Origin: Scyliorhinus canicula
Taxonomy: Eukaryota
DNA length: 64,000 nucleotides
NCBI RefSeq assembly: GCF_902713615.1
Contig: NC_052152.1
Location: 15,601,215-15,665,214 of the forward strand
Direction: 5' to 3'
Made by a program: the position numbers and the translations under genes. This document shows positions 11,692 through 24,044 of the stretch, in pieces. Below the pieces are notes generated by a model. It ran no database searches. It had not been told where the DNA came from and saw only the letters and a program-made list of their open reading frames with translations. Position 1 is the stretch's first letter, and the number at the start of each line of letters is the position of its first letter.

Positions 11692-12602
11692 TGAGTGGGA
11701 TAGCATATTCTTCGCTTCTTGGATGAGTGTAGCTCCAACACTGCTAAAAAAGCTCAAGACTATCTAGAATAAAACCGGCCACTTGATTGACACCCAGTCC
11801 GCAACCTTAAACATTCACTCTTTCCAGCGTTGGCACATTGGTAGCAACATGTCCCACTTGCAAGATTCACCACAACAACGTTTTAAGACTACCTAACAGC
11901 ACCTTCCAAACTTGTGACTTAAGCTGTATACAAGAACAAACTCAGTAGGCATATGGGAACACCATTACCTGCAAGTGTCACTTCAAGTTACACAACATCC
12001 TTGGCAGAAATATACTGCCATTGTTTCATCATTGCTGGGTCAAAATCTTGGAACTCCCTCCCTAACAACAGTGCAGGTAACAGCACCTCAAACACAAATC
12101 TGGTGTTCTTGATTAATAAGGGAATTTCTTGATTAATAAGGGGATCGGCGGTTATGGGGTGAAGGTGGGGGTTATGGAGTGAAGACAGGAGAAAGGGGAT
12201 GAGGAACAGATCAGCCATGATCGAATGACGGAGCAGTCTCGATGGCCGAATGCCCTAATTCTGCTCCTACACCTTATGATCTTATTGTCTTCGGCCTATA
12301 TCAGACAGCAACAGTTCAAGAAGGCAGTTCACCACCACCTTCTCAAGGGAAATTAAAGATGGGTAATAAATTCTGAGCTTGTCAACGATGTCCGTATTAT
12401 CTGAATGAATTAAAAAAATAAATTTTCAAAGATTCTCAAATGCTCTATAACTACATGTTTTCTTCTTCCTTCAATGGAAAGAAAGGGGAGATAGTGGGAA
12501 GAATTGTCACACCCAAGAATGGGCGAATTGTGATTGGTTTCAAAATTAAATTCGGAGAAAAATAAAGGGCGACCACAACCTAGCTCCAATGCTTCTGGGT
12601 TT

Positions 12603-12775
12603 GATGTGGAGATGTTGACGTTGGACTGTATGAGCACAGTAGGAGGTCTTCCGACACCAGGTTAAAGTCCAACAGGTTTGTTTCGAATCACTAGCTTTCG
12701 GAGCACAACTCCTTCCTCAGGTGATTCGAAACAAACCTGTTGGACTTTAACCTGGTGTTGTAAGACTTCTTACTG
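12603..12775 (-). mobile_element. Palindromic Penelope-like insert (second family) with a canonical minimal hammerhead in the loop
   Basis: Arms 12633-12691 / 12721-12779; loop on the minus strand is CTGAGGA-AGGAGttgtgCTCC-GAAA-GCTA; 13 bp TSD TGCTTCTGGGTTT at 12590-12602 and 12776-12788. Confidence 0.85.
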
Positions 12776-13812
12776 TGCTTCTGGGTTTAACTGAGGCATA
12801 TTTAACCACTTGCAAGTAGCTTAACTCACCGGATTTGGTATGATTATTAGTGCAGGAAGGTGAATAATTACAGAACCATTTAAACTTGTAATTGCAGGAA
12901 GAATAGGTTTTCCTGGGCTCAGGAAACCTGGCAACTGAAGGAAAATCAGAAGTGCTGGATTCAACAAGTCAATACCTTTCCAACATTAGTTGTGCACCAG
13001 GAGAAGTGGGAATGCACCTTCAAGCAAACCTGCCTCCCTCCCTGTGATTGGCTTCCCTGTGCCCACAATCTCCCCTCTGACCTTCTATTCTATCCCCCCA
13101 CCCCGATCATCCGTCCATGACCTTGTCTGCAGCATTCCATTTATAAACCTGCCACATGATATCTCTCTTCTTCCTCTCTGCTCCCTTGGTGTGGTCTGCT
13201 GCCTGATAACTAGCCAACCTCTCTATTCAGTTTGGGTGTCTGTCAGCCACAGAACAAAGGAAACAATTAAAAATGATATCCTGCTCTAAAATTTGTCACA
13301 CCCTCCAGGGTGTTCACATTTTTGTGTTTCTCTGCATCTCTGACCCCCAACCCACCCACATGCCTTCTTGCCTCATTATTTTGAGGACAAAATCTTTATT
13401 GATGCAATCAGTGAAATAACCAGGAGAGGGTGCTATTACATTGAGTAACTGTGGAGGCATTTCCAGAAATGTATTTTTAGGCTTCCTTTAGAAAACAGAA
13501 CAACAGAATATCCAAACTCTCTTGTATTCAGCCAAGCTCTCAGGTTGACTTTGCCCCTTCTTACCTTGGATACAATTATCTTATTTCGCACAGGCTAGGT
13601 AATTGAACCTTGCAAATTTCTAATCTGACTGCTTTGTGCGACCATGGATGATTCATTTATCCACTAAGTCAAGACAATTTCACAATGCCTGGTTTAAAGA
13701 AAGGAAAAGACTAATAAAGCATACTGTTATAACCCCACAGGATCCACGGGGAGGACCTGATTGATCTCCCCATGGGGCTTGTGGAATACGAGCTCCCCCA
13801 TTGAGGGGCAGA

Positions 13813-14101
13813 GGCGGCACAGTGTTTAGCACTGTTGCTTCACAGCGCCAGGGTCCCAGGTTCGATTCCCGGCTTGGGTTACTGTCTGCGCGGAGTCTGC
13901 ACTTTCTCCCTATGTCTGTGAAGGTTTCCACCGGGTGCTCCAGTTCTCCCATAAGTCCCGAAAGACGTGCTGTTAGGTAATTTGGACATTCTGAATTCTC
14001 CCTCTGTGTACCTGAACAGTCGCCAGAATGTGGCGACTAGGGTCTTTTCACAGTATCTTCATTGCAATGTAAGCCTACTTGTGACAATAAAGATTATTAT
14101 T
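13813..14101 (+). mobile_element. SINE type B (HE1 head + partial V core + type-C tail ending (TTA)n)
   Basis: 5' half matches HE1 up to CTCCCA; 3' half is GAATGTGGCGACTAGGG..GCCTACTTGTGACAATAAAGATTATTATTA. Confidence 0.85.
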
Positions 14102-14924
14102 AACAAACGGCTCGTCAAAATCTACTTATAAAAGCTAGCCAGGAAGGGAACCGGCATCTTCAGATTGTACCGGCTGGGACTAGTTGTACTGCTCTCCGCT
14201 TTGCGGCTTGCATTTACTTTTAGAATAAACAAATCTGCTTTATACCTTTTTGGGACTCTTGTGATTGTAATATTGGCAATGAGGAAAAAACCCAACTACA
14301 GATGGTGTGGCTTTTTAAAAAAATGTATTTTAGTCCAAACATATTTAAAGGTACAAAAACATAAATAAATCAGAGAATATTCTCCACATCTCACAGTTCA
14401 GTTTGTGCAAGCTTTTCCCCCTTTTTACCCCCTCCTCCTCCCCTCCCCTCCCTCCTCCCCCGCGATGGCCATGAACAGTCCCAACCGTGTGTCAAAGCCC
14501 TCCGCTGATTCGAACTTAATCATTTCCAGCAGGAGAAAGTCATACAAGTCCACCAGCCAGGCCACCACCTCTGGTGGCGTTGTCGACCACCATTCCAACA
14601 GAATTCTTCGCCATGCAAGTAGAGAGGTGATGGCCACAAGTCAGCCTTCCTCCCCTCCATCTACTCTGGCATTTCAGATGGCCCAAAAATCGCCACCATA
14701 GGGTCCAGCACGGCCTCTACCCCCACAATCTTTGATAACGTCCCAAACACCCCCTCCCAGTATCTCTCCAACATCTCACAGCCCAGAACTTGTGCGTATG
14801 AATTGCTGGTCCTCGTCCAAACTTATCACATTCATCCGCCACCCCTTGGAAGAATCGACACATCCTTGCCTGAGTCATATGCACCTTATGCACTACCTTA
14901 AACTGAATCAAACTCATCCTTGCG

Positions 14925-15270
14925 CATAGATTTCATAGAATTTACAGTGCAGAAGGGGGCTATTCGGCCCATCGAGTCTGCACCAGCTCTTGGAAAGAGC
15001 ACTACCCACACCTCCACCCCATCCCCATAACCCAGTAACCCCAACCAACACTGAGGGCAATTTTGGACACTAAGGGCAATTTAGCATGGCCAATCCACTT
15101 AACCTGCACATCTTTAGACTGTGGGAGGAAACCGGAGCACCTGGCGGAAACCGATGCACACACGGGAGAACGTGCAGACTCCACACAGACAGTGACCCAA
15201 GCTGGGAATCGAACCTGGGATCCTGGAGCTGCGAAGCAATTGTGCTAACCACTATGCTACCGTGCTGCCC
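14925..15270 (-). mobile_element. HE1-type V-SINE
   Basis: Full-length reverse copy, CATAGA tail to GTGCTGCCC. Confidence 0.9.
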
Positions 15271-15524
15271 AATTCGACGAGGTTGAATTCACCACACTCC
15301 ATATTCTCCATCCTATCTCTACCACCAACTCCTCCTCCCATTTCTCCTTAATCCTCATCACCTGTGCTCCCACCGGTCCACCAGCCACCCGTATATAGCC
15401 CCAATCCTACCCTACCCTTCTACATCCGGCAGCAGCAACAACTCCAAAAAGGAATACTCTGGCAGCTTGGGAAAACCTCTCCATTCCTTCGCACAATGTT
15501 CCTCACGTGCATATACCTGAATTT

Positions 15525-15863
15525 GGGGGCCTCACGGTAGCATGGTGGTTAGCATCAATGCTTCACAGCTCCAGGGTCCCGGGTTCGATTCCCAGCTGGG
15601 TCACTGTCTGTGTGGAGTCTGCACGTCCTCCCCGTGTGTGCGTGGGTTTCCTCCGGGTGCTCCGGTTTCCTCCCACAGTCCAAAGATGTGCGGGTTAGGT
15701 GGATTGGCCATGCTAAATTGCCCGTAGTGTAAGGTTAATGGGGGGATTGTTGGGTTACGGGTATACGGGTTATGTGGGTTTAAGTAGGGTGATCATTGCT
15801 CGGCACAACATCGAGGGCCGAAGGGCCTGTTCTGTGCTGTACTGTTCTAAGTTCTAAGTTCTA
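15525..15863 (+). mobile_element. HE1-type V-SINE with an alternative CR1 tail (GGCCGAAGGGCCTGTT..(TTCTAAG)n)
   Basis: Head and core as in type A; tail matches the CR1 3' ends at 16375-16420 and 18750-18830. Confidence 0.88.
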
Positions 15864-16194
15864 ATTCGCTTTCCTTCGGAAGCTCTACCCTCTCCCGCAT
15901 CTCTTCCAGGCTTGCAAACCTCTCCTCCAGATATAAATCCCTCACCCTCACCAGCCCCACCTCTTTCCACGTCCTATACATGCCATCCGTCTCCCCAACT
16001 TAAGCCCGTGGTTCCCACACATCGACATCCCTCCATCCTAAAGTGTCTCCTCAACTGGTTCCATACCCTAATAGTGGACAGTACAACCGGGCTTTCACCA
16101 TGGCCCTCAGGCTGGACTCCCTTCTCCTCCACCCTAACCCATTCTAACTCCTTTCCTTCCCACCACCGCCCCAGCTTCTCCACATTCACCACCC

Positions 16195-16425
16195 ACAGAG
16201 CGTAGTGGGTGCCTGGAACACGCTGCCAGAGGAGGTGGTGGAAGCAGGGACGATAGTAACGTTTAAGGGGTGTCATGACAAATACATGAATAGGGTGGGA
16301 ATAGAGGGATACGGAACCAGGAAGTGTAGAAGATTTTAGTTGAGACGGGCAGCATGGTCGGCACAGGCTTGGAAGGCCGAAGGGCCTGTTCCTATGCTGT
16401 ACTTTTCTTTGTTCTATGTCCTTTG
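16195..16425 (+). mobile_element. CR1 LINE 3' terminal fragment
   Basis: QSVVGAWNTLPEEVVEAG.. followed by the GGCCGAAGGGCCTGTTCC tail. Confidence 0.8.
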
Positions 16426-16774
16426 TTCACCCAATAGTAGTGCAGCAGATTAGGTAATGCCAACCTCCCTTTCTGCATCTGCCTCTGTTGCAGGGCCCTT
16501 TTTACCCTAGGTACCTTCCCTGCCCATATAAACGCCAAAACCACTCTATCCGGTTTCCGGAAAAAGGCCTTCGGAATGAAGATCGGGAGGGTCTGGAATA
16601 CAAACAGGAACCTTGGCAGAATGTTCATTTTTACCACCTGGTCCCTCCCTGCCAATGTCAGGTGTAATATATTCCATCTCCTAAAGTCCTTCATACCCAC
16701 CTCCACCAACTTTGTTAGATTCCATTTCTGCATTGTCACCCACTCCCCCATCACCTGAACCCCCAAATACCTAA

Positions 16775-16912
16775 TAAAAGCAAATTACTGTGGATGCTGG
16801 AATCTGAAACAAAAGAGAAAATGCTGGAAATTCTCAGCCGGTCTGGCAGCATCTGTAGGGAGAGAAAAGAACTAACGTTTCAAGTCCAATGTCTCTTTGT
16901 CAAAGCTAACAG
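16775..16912 (-). mobile_element. Single-arm Penelope-like terminal-repeat insert with hammerhead motif
   Basis: Same family as 9074-9306; 9 bp TSD AATACCTAA at 16766-16774 and 16913-16921. Confidence 0.8.
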
Positions 16913-18240
16913 AATACCTAAACCTGTCCCTGGCAACCCGAGATGGCAACCCCCCAGATTGGCTCCCCGACCCGCCACATTCACTGGAAACACCGCACTT
17001 TTTCTGACATGCAGTTTATAGCCCAAGAAGGCCCTGAACCTCTTTAGTATTAAAATGCCTCTCGTCAGGAGGCTCTATATTTTTGAGGCGAGCATAAAAG
17101 ACTGGGCACAGTACGCTGAGCGAATGCTTTACTTTTTGGAGAAAACGCCTTTCGAGGAGATGACCATCAGAAGGTGATATTCCTGACTGCCTGTGGAGCT
17201 CTTACCTTTAGCGATATCAGAAACCTGACTTACCCGGTAACCCCAGATTCCAAAGCATTTGACGAGCTGCTGGCATTCGTGGCAGACCCTATGACCCCAA
17301 ACCATTAATCATTATCCAAAGGTACACGTTTAATATAGCCGGAAGTACCCCGGGGAGTCAATTACAGAGATTTTGTCACGCTTATGCTCGCTGGCTGAGG
17401 ACTGCGATTATGGGCCACCCCTGCCGGAGATGCTGAGGAATCGCATTGTGTGCGGAATCAACAACATGGCGACCCAACGAAGGATGAACCATCTTTGGAC
17501 CTGAGAAGAGCCAAAGTGATCTCTTGCTCATGTGAAAACGCGGAGAAGGGAGTCCAGAAGCTCCGCTGCTCTTTAGAGATGGAAGTGAATAGTGTTGGAT
17601 GCCTCCCCATTTAGGCAAACAGTGCTGCCTAAGAATAAAGCCTCTGGCACCCAGCCACTGTCCGAGCAATGTCGGGGCCAGACCTGTTGGCCGAGGGTCT
17701 CTATGACTTAGTGAGAGCTTTCTCTGAACCCCAAGTGGAGGACTCACGGCAGTGCTGCACCTGTGGGTTGGAGGAACTGTAGGGACCAGGAACGCCAAAT
17801 CAGCCAACAAGCCCGCCGCCCTCGTCAGGGGACATGCCCACCTGGTGCCAGGGCTTTATGCCTGGTGCAGCCCGACGAGGACGAGTGCATGCAGTTACAC
17901 TGTATCACTGCAGCAAGAGTAGCCCCCATCTAAGTCACCGAAATACCCGGAAGTTTTCCAGGAGAACCTGGGAAAAATAAAGGGTGCTGAGGCCAAAATC
18001 TATTTGGACCCAGAAGCCCAACAAAGATATTTTGGGGCCCGCCCAGTCCCTTATATCTTGTTGCCGAAGCTAGACAATGAGCTCAACCGGCTGGAAAGAC
18101 TGGGAATCATCCACCATTTGCAGTTCGTAGCAACGCCTGAAGTTCCTGTGTGGTGATTACAAGTTAACGGTTTACGAGGCCTCTTGTTTGGAGGGCACCT
18201 AATGCCGCACATGGAGGACCTCTAGCAAAATTGGCTGATG

Positions 18241-18406
18241 GCACAGGGCTAAATCGCTGGCTTTTAAAGCAGACCAGCAGCACGGTTCAATTCCCGTACC
18301 AGCCTCCCCAAACAGGCGCCGGAATGTGGCGACTAGGGGCTTTTCACAGTAACTTCATTTCAAGCCTACTTGTGACAATAAACAATTTTCATTTCATTTC
18401 ATTTCT
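18241..18406 (+). mobile_element. SINE type C
   Basis: tRNA-like head with GGTTCAATTCC B box; (TTTCA)n tail. Confidence 0.85.
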
Positions 18407-18749
18407 TTTCAAAACCAGACATGAGTAATGCATAACTCCAGTTGGAGCTAGACGTGGTCCATTCAGCAGGTTTGAGACCACCAATAGCCACAGTAGTCTT
18501 TACAAATATACAGGGCTTTCATTCGGATTATCATCTGCTTGTGTGATTTTTTTAGATAGTTATAGATAGCATCCTCCGAGGGCTTCCAGGGTGGCAGTTT
18601 ACTTGGATGATGTCCTGATCACCGAAGCCACCAAAAAGGAGCATCTCAGCAACTTGGAGGAAGTCCTCAGCTGGTTCTCTGAGGCAGGCACCCGCCTAAA
18701 AATGGGAAAGTACATTGTAATGTTCTTGTCGGATGGCCTGATTGATAGT

Positions 18750-21700
18750 AGAACATAGAACATAGAACACAGAAAAATACAGCAGAGAACATGCCCTTCA
18801 GCCTACAATGTTGTGCTGAACTTTTGTCCCAGATTAAGAACAAATTAATCGACACCCCATCATTCTACCGTAATCCATGTACCTATCCAATAGCCGCTTG
18901 AAGGTCCCTAATGTTTCCGACTCAACTACTTCCACAGGCAGTGCATTCCATGCCCCCACTACTCTCTGGGTAAAGAACTGACCTCTGACATCCCCCCTAT
19001 ATCTTCCACCATTCACCTTAAATTTATGTCACCTTGTAATGGTTTGTTCCACCTGGGGAAAAAGTCTCTGACTACTCTATCTGTTTCCCTGATCACCTCA
19101 TAAACCTCTATCAAGTCGCCCCTTATCCTTCTCCGTTCAAATGAGAAAAGGCCTCGCACCCTCAACCTTTCCTCGTAAGACCTACTCTCCATTCCAGGCA
19201 ACATCCTGGTAAATCTCCTTTGCACCTTTTCCAAAGCTTCCACATCCTTCCTAAAATGAGGCGACCATAACTGCACACAGTACTCCAAATATGGCCTTAC
19301 TAAGGTTTTGTACAGCTGCATCATTATCTCACGGCTCTTAAATTCAATCCCTCTGCTAATGAACGCTAGCACACCATAGGCCTTCTGCACAGCTCTATCC
19401 ACTTGAGTGGCAACTTTCAAAGATCTATAGATCCCAAGATCTCTCTGCTCTTCCACATTGCCAAGAACCTGACCGTTAACCCTGTATTCCGCATTCATAT
19501 TTGTCCTTCCAAAATGGACAACCTCAAACTTTTCAGGGTTAAACTCCATCAGCCACTTCTCAGCCCAGCTTTGCATCCTATCTATGTCTTTTTGCAGCCG
19601 ACAACAGCCCTCCTCACTATCCACAACACCACCAATCTTCGCATCATCTGCAAATTTACTGACCCACCCTTCAACTCCCTCATCCAAGTTATTAATGAAA
19701 ATCACAAACAGCAGAGGACCCAGAACTGATCCCTGCAGTACGCCACTGGTAACTGGGCTCCAAGCTGAATATTTGCCTTCCACCACCCCTCTCTGACTTT
19801 TATCGGTTAGCCAGTTTGTTATCCAACTGGCCAAATTTATTTCCCACTATCCCATGCCTCCTTACTTTCTGCATAAGCCGACCATGGGGAACCTTATCAA
19901 ATGCCTTGCTAAAATCCATGTATACTGCATCCACTGCTTTACCTTCATCCACGTGCTTGGTCACCTTCTCAAAGCATTAAATAAGACTTGTGAGGCAAGA
20001 CCTACCGCTCACAAATCTGTGCTGACTATCCCTAATCAAGCAGTGTCTATCCAGATGCTCAGAAATCCTATCCCTCAGTACCCTTTCCATTACTTTGCCT
20101 ACCACCGAAGTAAGACTAACTGGCCTGTAATTCCCAGGGTTATCCCTATTCCCTTTTTTGAACAGGGGCATGACATTCACCACTCTCCAATCCCCTGGTA
20201 CCACCGCTGTTGACAGTGAGGATGAAAATATCATTGCCAACGGCTCTACAATTTCATCTCTTGCTTCCCATAGAATCCTTGGATCTATCCCGTCAGGGCC
20301 AGGGGACTTGTCTATCCTCAAGTTTTTGAAAATGCCCAACACATCTTCTTTCCTAACAAGTATGTCCTCGACCTTACCAGTCTGTTTCACACTGTCCTCT
20401 CCAACAATATGGCCCCTCTCATTCGTAAATACTGAAGAAAAGTACTCGTTCAAGATCCCTGCTATCTCTTCAGACACAACACACAATCTCCCACTGCTGT
20501 CCTTGATCGGACCTACCCTTGCTCTAGTCATTCTCATATTTCTCACATATGTGTAAAAAGCCTTGGGGTTTTCCTTGATCCTACCCGCCAAAGATTTTTC
20601 ATGCCCTCTCTTAGCTCTCCTAATCCCTTTCTTCAGTTCCCTCCTGGCTATCTTGTATCCCTCTAGCACCCTATCTGAACCTTGTTTCCTCAGCCTTACA
20701 TAAGTATCCTTCTTCCTCTTAACAAGACATTCAACCTCTCTTTTCAACCATGGTTCCCTCACTCGACCATCTTTTCCCTGCCTGATAGGGACATACATAT
20801 CAAGGACACGTAGTATCTGTTCCTTGAACAAGTTCTACATTTCAATTGTGTCCTTCCCTGACAGCCTATTTTCCCAACTTATGCACTTCAGTTCTTGTCT
20901 GACAGCATTGTATTTACCCTTCCCCCAATTATAAACCTTGCCCTGTTGCACGCACCTATCCCTCTCCATTACTAAAGTGAAAGTCACAGAATTGTGGTCA
21001 CTATCACCAAAATGCTCCCCCACTAACAGATCAATCACTTGCCCTGGTTCATTACCAAGTACCAAATCCAATATGGCCTCCCCTCTGGTCGGACAATCAA
21101 CAGACTGTGTTAGAAACGTTTCCTGGACACACTGCTCAAACACCACCAAATCCAAACTATTTGATCTAAAGAGTTTCCACTCAATATTTGGGAAGTTGAA
21201 GGTGCAGAAGTCACCCATGACTACTACCCTGTGAGTTCTGCACCTTTCCAAAATCTGTTTCCCAATCTGTTTTTCCACATCTCTGCTGCTGTTGGGGGCC
21301 TATAGAAAACCCCCAACAAGGTGACTGCTCCTTTCCTATTTCTGACTTCAACCCATACTACCTCAGTAGGCATATCCTCCTCGAACTGCCTTTCTGTTAT
21401 ACTATCTCTAATTAACAATGCAACCCCCCCCCCCCCCCCCCCCCCCCCACAACCTCTTTTACCACCCTCCCTAATCTTATTAAAACATCTAGTACCAGGA
21501 ACCTCCAACAACCATTTCTGCTACTCGTCTATCCAAGTTTCCGTGATGTCCACCACATCGTTGTCTCAGTGCCGATCCATGCCTTAAGGTCACCCACCTT
21601 ACTCCTCTTGCTTCTTGCATTGAAGTATACACACTTCAACCCATCTCCGTGCCTACAAGTACTCTCCTTTGTCAGTGTTACCTTCCCCACTGCATCACTA

Positions 21701-23035
21701 CACGCTTTGATGTCCTGAACATCAGCTACCTTAGTTGCTGGACTACAAATCCGGTTCCCATTCCCCTGCCAAATTAGTTTAAACCCTCCAGAAGCGTACT
21801 AGAAAACCTCCCTCCCAGGATATTGGTGACCCTCTGGTTCGGATGCAACCCATCCTGCTTGTACACATCTCACCATCCCCAGAATGCGCTCCAATTATCC
21901 AAATACCTGAAGCCCTCCCTCCTACACCATTCCTGCAGCCATGTGTTCAACTGCACTCTCTCCCTATTCCTAGCCTCGCTATCACGTGGCACCAGTAACA
22001 AACCAGAGATGCCAACTCTGTCTGTCTTGGCTTTTAACTTCCAGCCTAACTCCCTAAATTTGTTTATTACATCCCCGCTCCTTTTCCTACCTATGTCATT
22101 GGGACCAATGTGCACCACGACTTCTGGCTGCTCACCCTCCCCCTTAAGGATCCTGAAGACACAATCCGAGACATCCCTGGCCCTGGCAGCATACCTTCTG
22201 GGAGTCTCGCACGCGACCACAGAATCACCTATCTATTCCCCTATTGAGTCTCCTATCACTATTGCTTTTCTATTCTCCCCCCCCCCCTTTCCTTCTGAGC
22301 CCCAGAGCCAGACTCAGTACGAGAGACCTGGCCGCTAGAGCCTCCCCCCGGTCGGTCATCCCCCCAGACAGCATCCAAAATGGTATACTTGTTTTGAAGG
22401 GGAACGGCCACGAGGGATCCCTGCACTGACTGCCTGTTTGTTTTCTTTTCCCTGACTGTAATCCAGCTACTCTTGTCCTGTACCTTGGGTGTGGTTAACT
22501 CCCTGTAACTCTTGTCTATTACCCCCTCTGCCTCCCGGATGATCCGAAGTTCATCCAGCTCCAGTTCCCTAACATGGTCTCTGAGGAGCTGGAGTTGGGT
22601 GCACTTCCCGCAGGTATAGTCAGCGGTGACAGCGGTGGTAACCCTCACCACCCACTTCCTGCAGGAGGAGCATGCAACTGCCCTCGCCTCCATCCTCCAT
22701 GACCTTACAGAATATAGCTGCCCTGTGGGCCAACTGGAACTCCGCCCTCCGACTCTGCTCCCAGTCAGCTGCACTCTCTGTAAACTCCAGGCTCCCTTCA
22801 CGCTCTGAGGAAATGTAGGAAATGAAATGAAAGGAGCACCTTACTCCCTCCTTACCTAACTCCCTCAGCCACCAAACTCTCACTATAGCACTCAAATGCA
22901 CCCAAATTCAGCACTCCCTCAGTCACCAAACTCTCACTATAGCACTCAAAAGCTCCCAAATTCAGCACTCCCTCAGTCACCAAACTCACTATAGAACTCA
23001 AATGCACCAAAATTCAGCACTCAGTGCAAACAAAA
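18750..23035 (-). mobile_element. Near full-length CR1 LINE (ORF1 zinc finger + SGNH esterase; ORF2 APE-RT), disrupted
   Basis: CSSC..CGKC; VVVHIGPND; VVVMGDF, SDH; KSPGPDG, YRPVSLTS, QGSVLGP, FADD; (TTCTATG)n tail; ~54 bp x3 repeat in the 5'UTR (22858-23022). Confidence 0.95.
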
Positions 23036-23246
23036 GAACACTTGCAGTTAAAGCTATAGACATTTTATTATCATTAACTGTGCGTAAAAATATATACAAA
23101 ACAACAGATGAATAATAGTATGAACATGCACAAGCAACCTCTTTCTCAGCTCCCTAGTCAGTCTGAGGTCACCTGACTCTAACATTCACTTATACACTAA
23201 TGAGACTCCTCGTGGTCAGATGGTGAATTACACACAACCATGATGA

Positions 23247-23435
23247 AATGAAAAAATGAAATGAAAATCGCTTATTGTCACAAGTAGGCTTCAATGAAGT
23301 TACTGTGAAAAGCCCCTAGTCGCCACATTCCAGCACCTGTTCGGGGAAGCTGGTACGGGAATTGAATCGTGCTGCTGGCCTGCCTTGGTCTGCTTTAAAA
23401 GCCAGCAATTTAGCCCAGTGTGCTAAACCAGCCCC
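23247..23435 (-). mobile_element. SINE type C, full length
   Basis: GGGGCTGGTTTAGCAC head; flanking ATGATGA direct repeat. Confidence 0.88.
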
Positions 23436-24044
23436 TATGATGATAGCACTACATTCTCTTTCCTTTGAAGGAATGATTTAATACATTATCATCAGTATAT
23501 TATAAATGTGATAGCATTAGCCTGTCAGTCTACCAGTATTAATGTTTTTGTTTAAAGTTTTTAAAACTGATTTAACAAATATATATATATTTGTTCAATC
23601 TGTTTTTAAAATTATATATATATACATACATAGAAGAACAGCAAGCAAATAGTCCAAATCTACAAATTCAGTCGATTATGTTTTCTTCTGACTCTGGTCG
23701 AACTTCTCAAAGTTTGAACTTGCAGATTCAATGTTCTCCATGACACTCTCATGCTCAGGAACTGCTGAACTATCTGACACTGCAGCTGACGTTGATTCTG
23801 ATGTAGATTCGTCACCCATCACATTGTTGTGAAAGTTTTCATGGTTTTCAAGAGTGCACAACAGTATCTTCTTAAAGCCAACCCTTCCTCTGTCTGTACA
23901 TTGTAGGAACGAGGTTCTACATCTTCAAGAACAATGACTTTTCTCAACCAATTACCTGAATCTTCTATTCTCACAATGCCATCACTACTCAGAGGTGGTA
24001 AACTTCCAGACATTCTATCATAGAACTGCTTTTGTTTTGCGCTA

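Larger units (their letters stand above)
8541..12420 (+). mobile_element. Degenerate CR1-group LINEs of a second family (3' end 8541-8870; longer copy ~8900-12420) hosting younger inserts
   Basis: PWFTEE, PATYSVISKVM and FAxx RT remnants; shared 3' end (WNSLPN..., aataaat.ctg...gaatgaat) also at 51050-51668. Confidence 0.7.
14310..17050 (-). mobile_element. Degenerate L1-clade 3' fragment with nested inserts
   Basis: Minus ORFs VKMNILPRFLFVFQTLPIFIP, LIQFKVVHKVHMT and LLAWRRILL are homologous to the 4328-8540 ORF2. Confidence 0.85.
13725..18715 (+). mobile_element. Gypsy LTR retrotransposon 1 (5' LTR 13725-14272, PBS ~14274-14284, degenerate gag-pol 17055-18715), interrupted by SINEs, L1 and Gypsy 2
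   Basis: TGTTAT start, TATAAAA and AATAAA within the LTR, TGGCAATGAGG PBS-like; gag ..DWAQYAERM..; RT CGDYKLTV and VYLDDVLIT. Confidence 0.8.
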
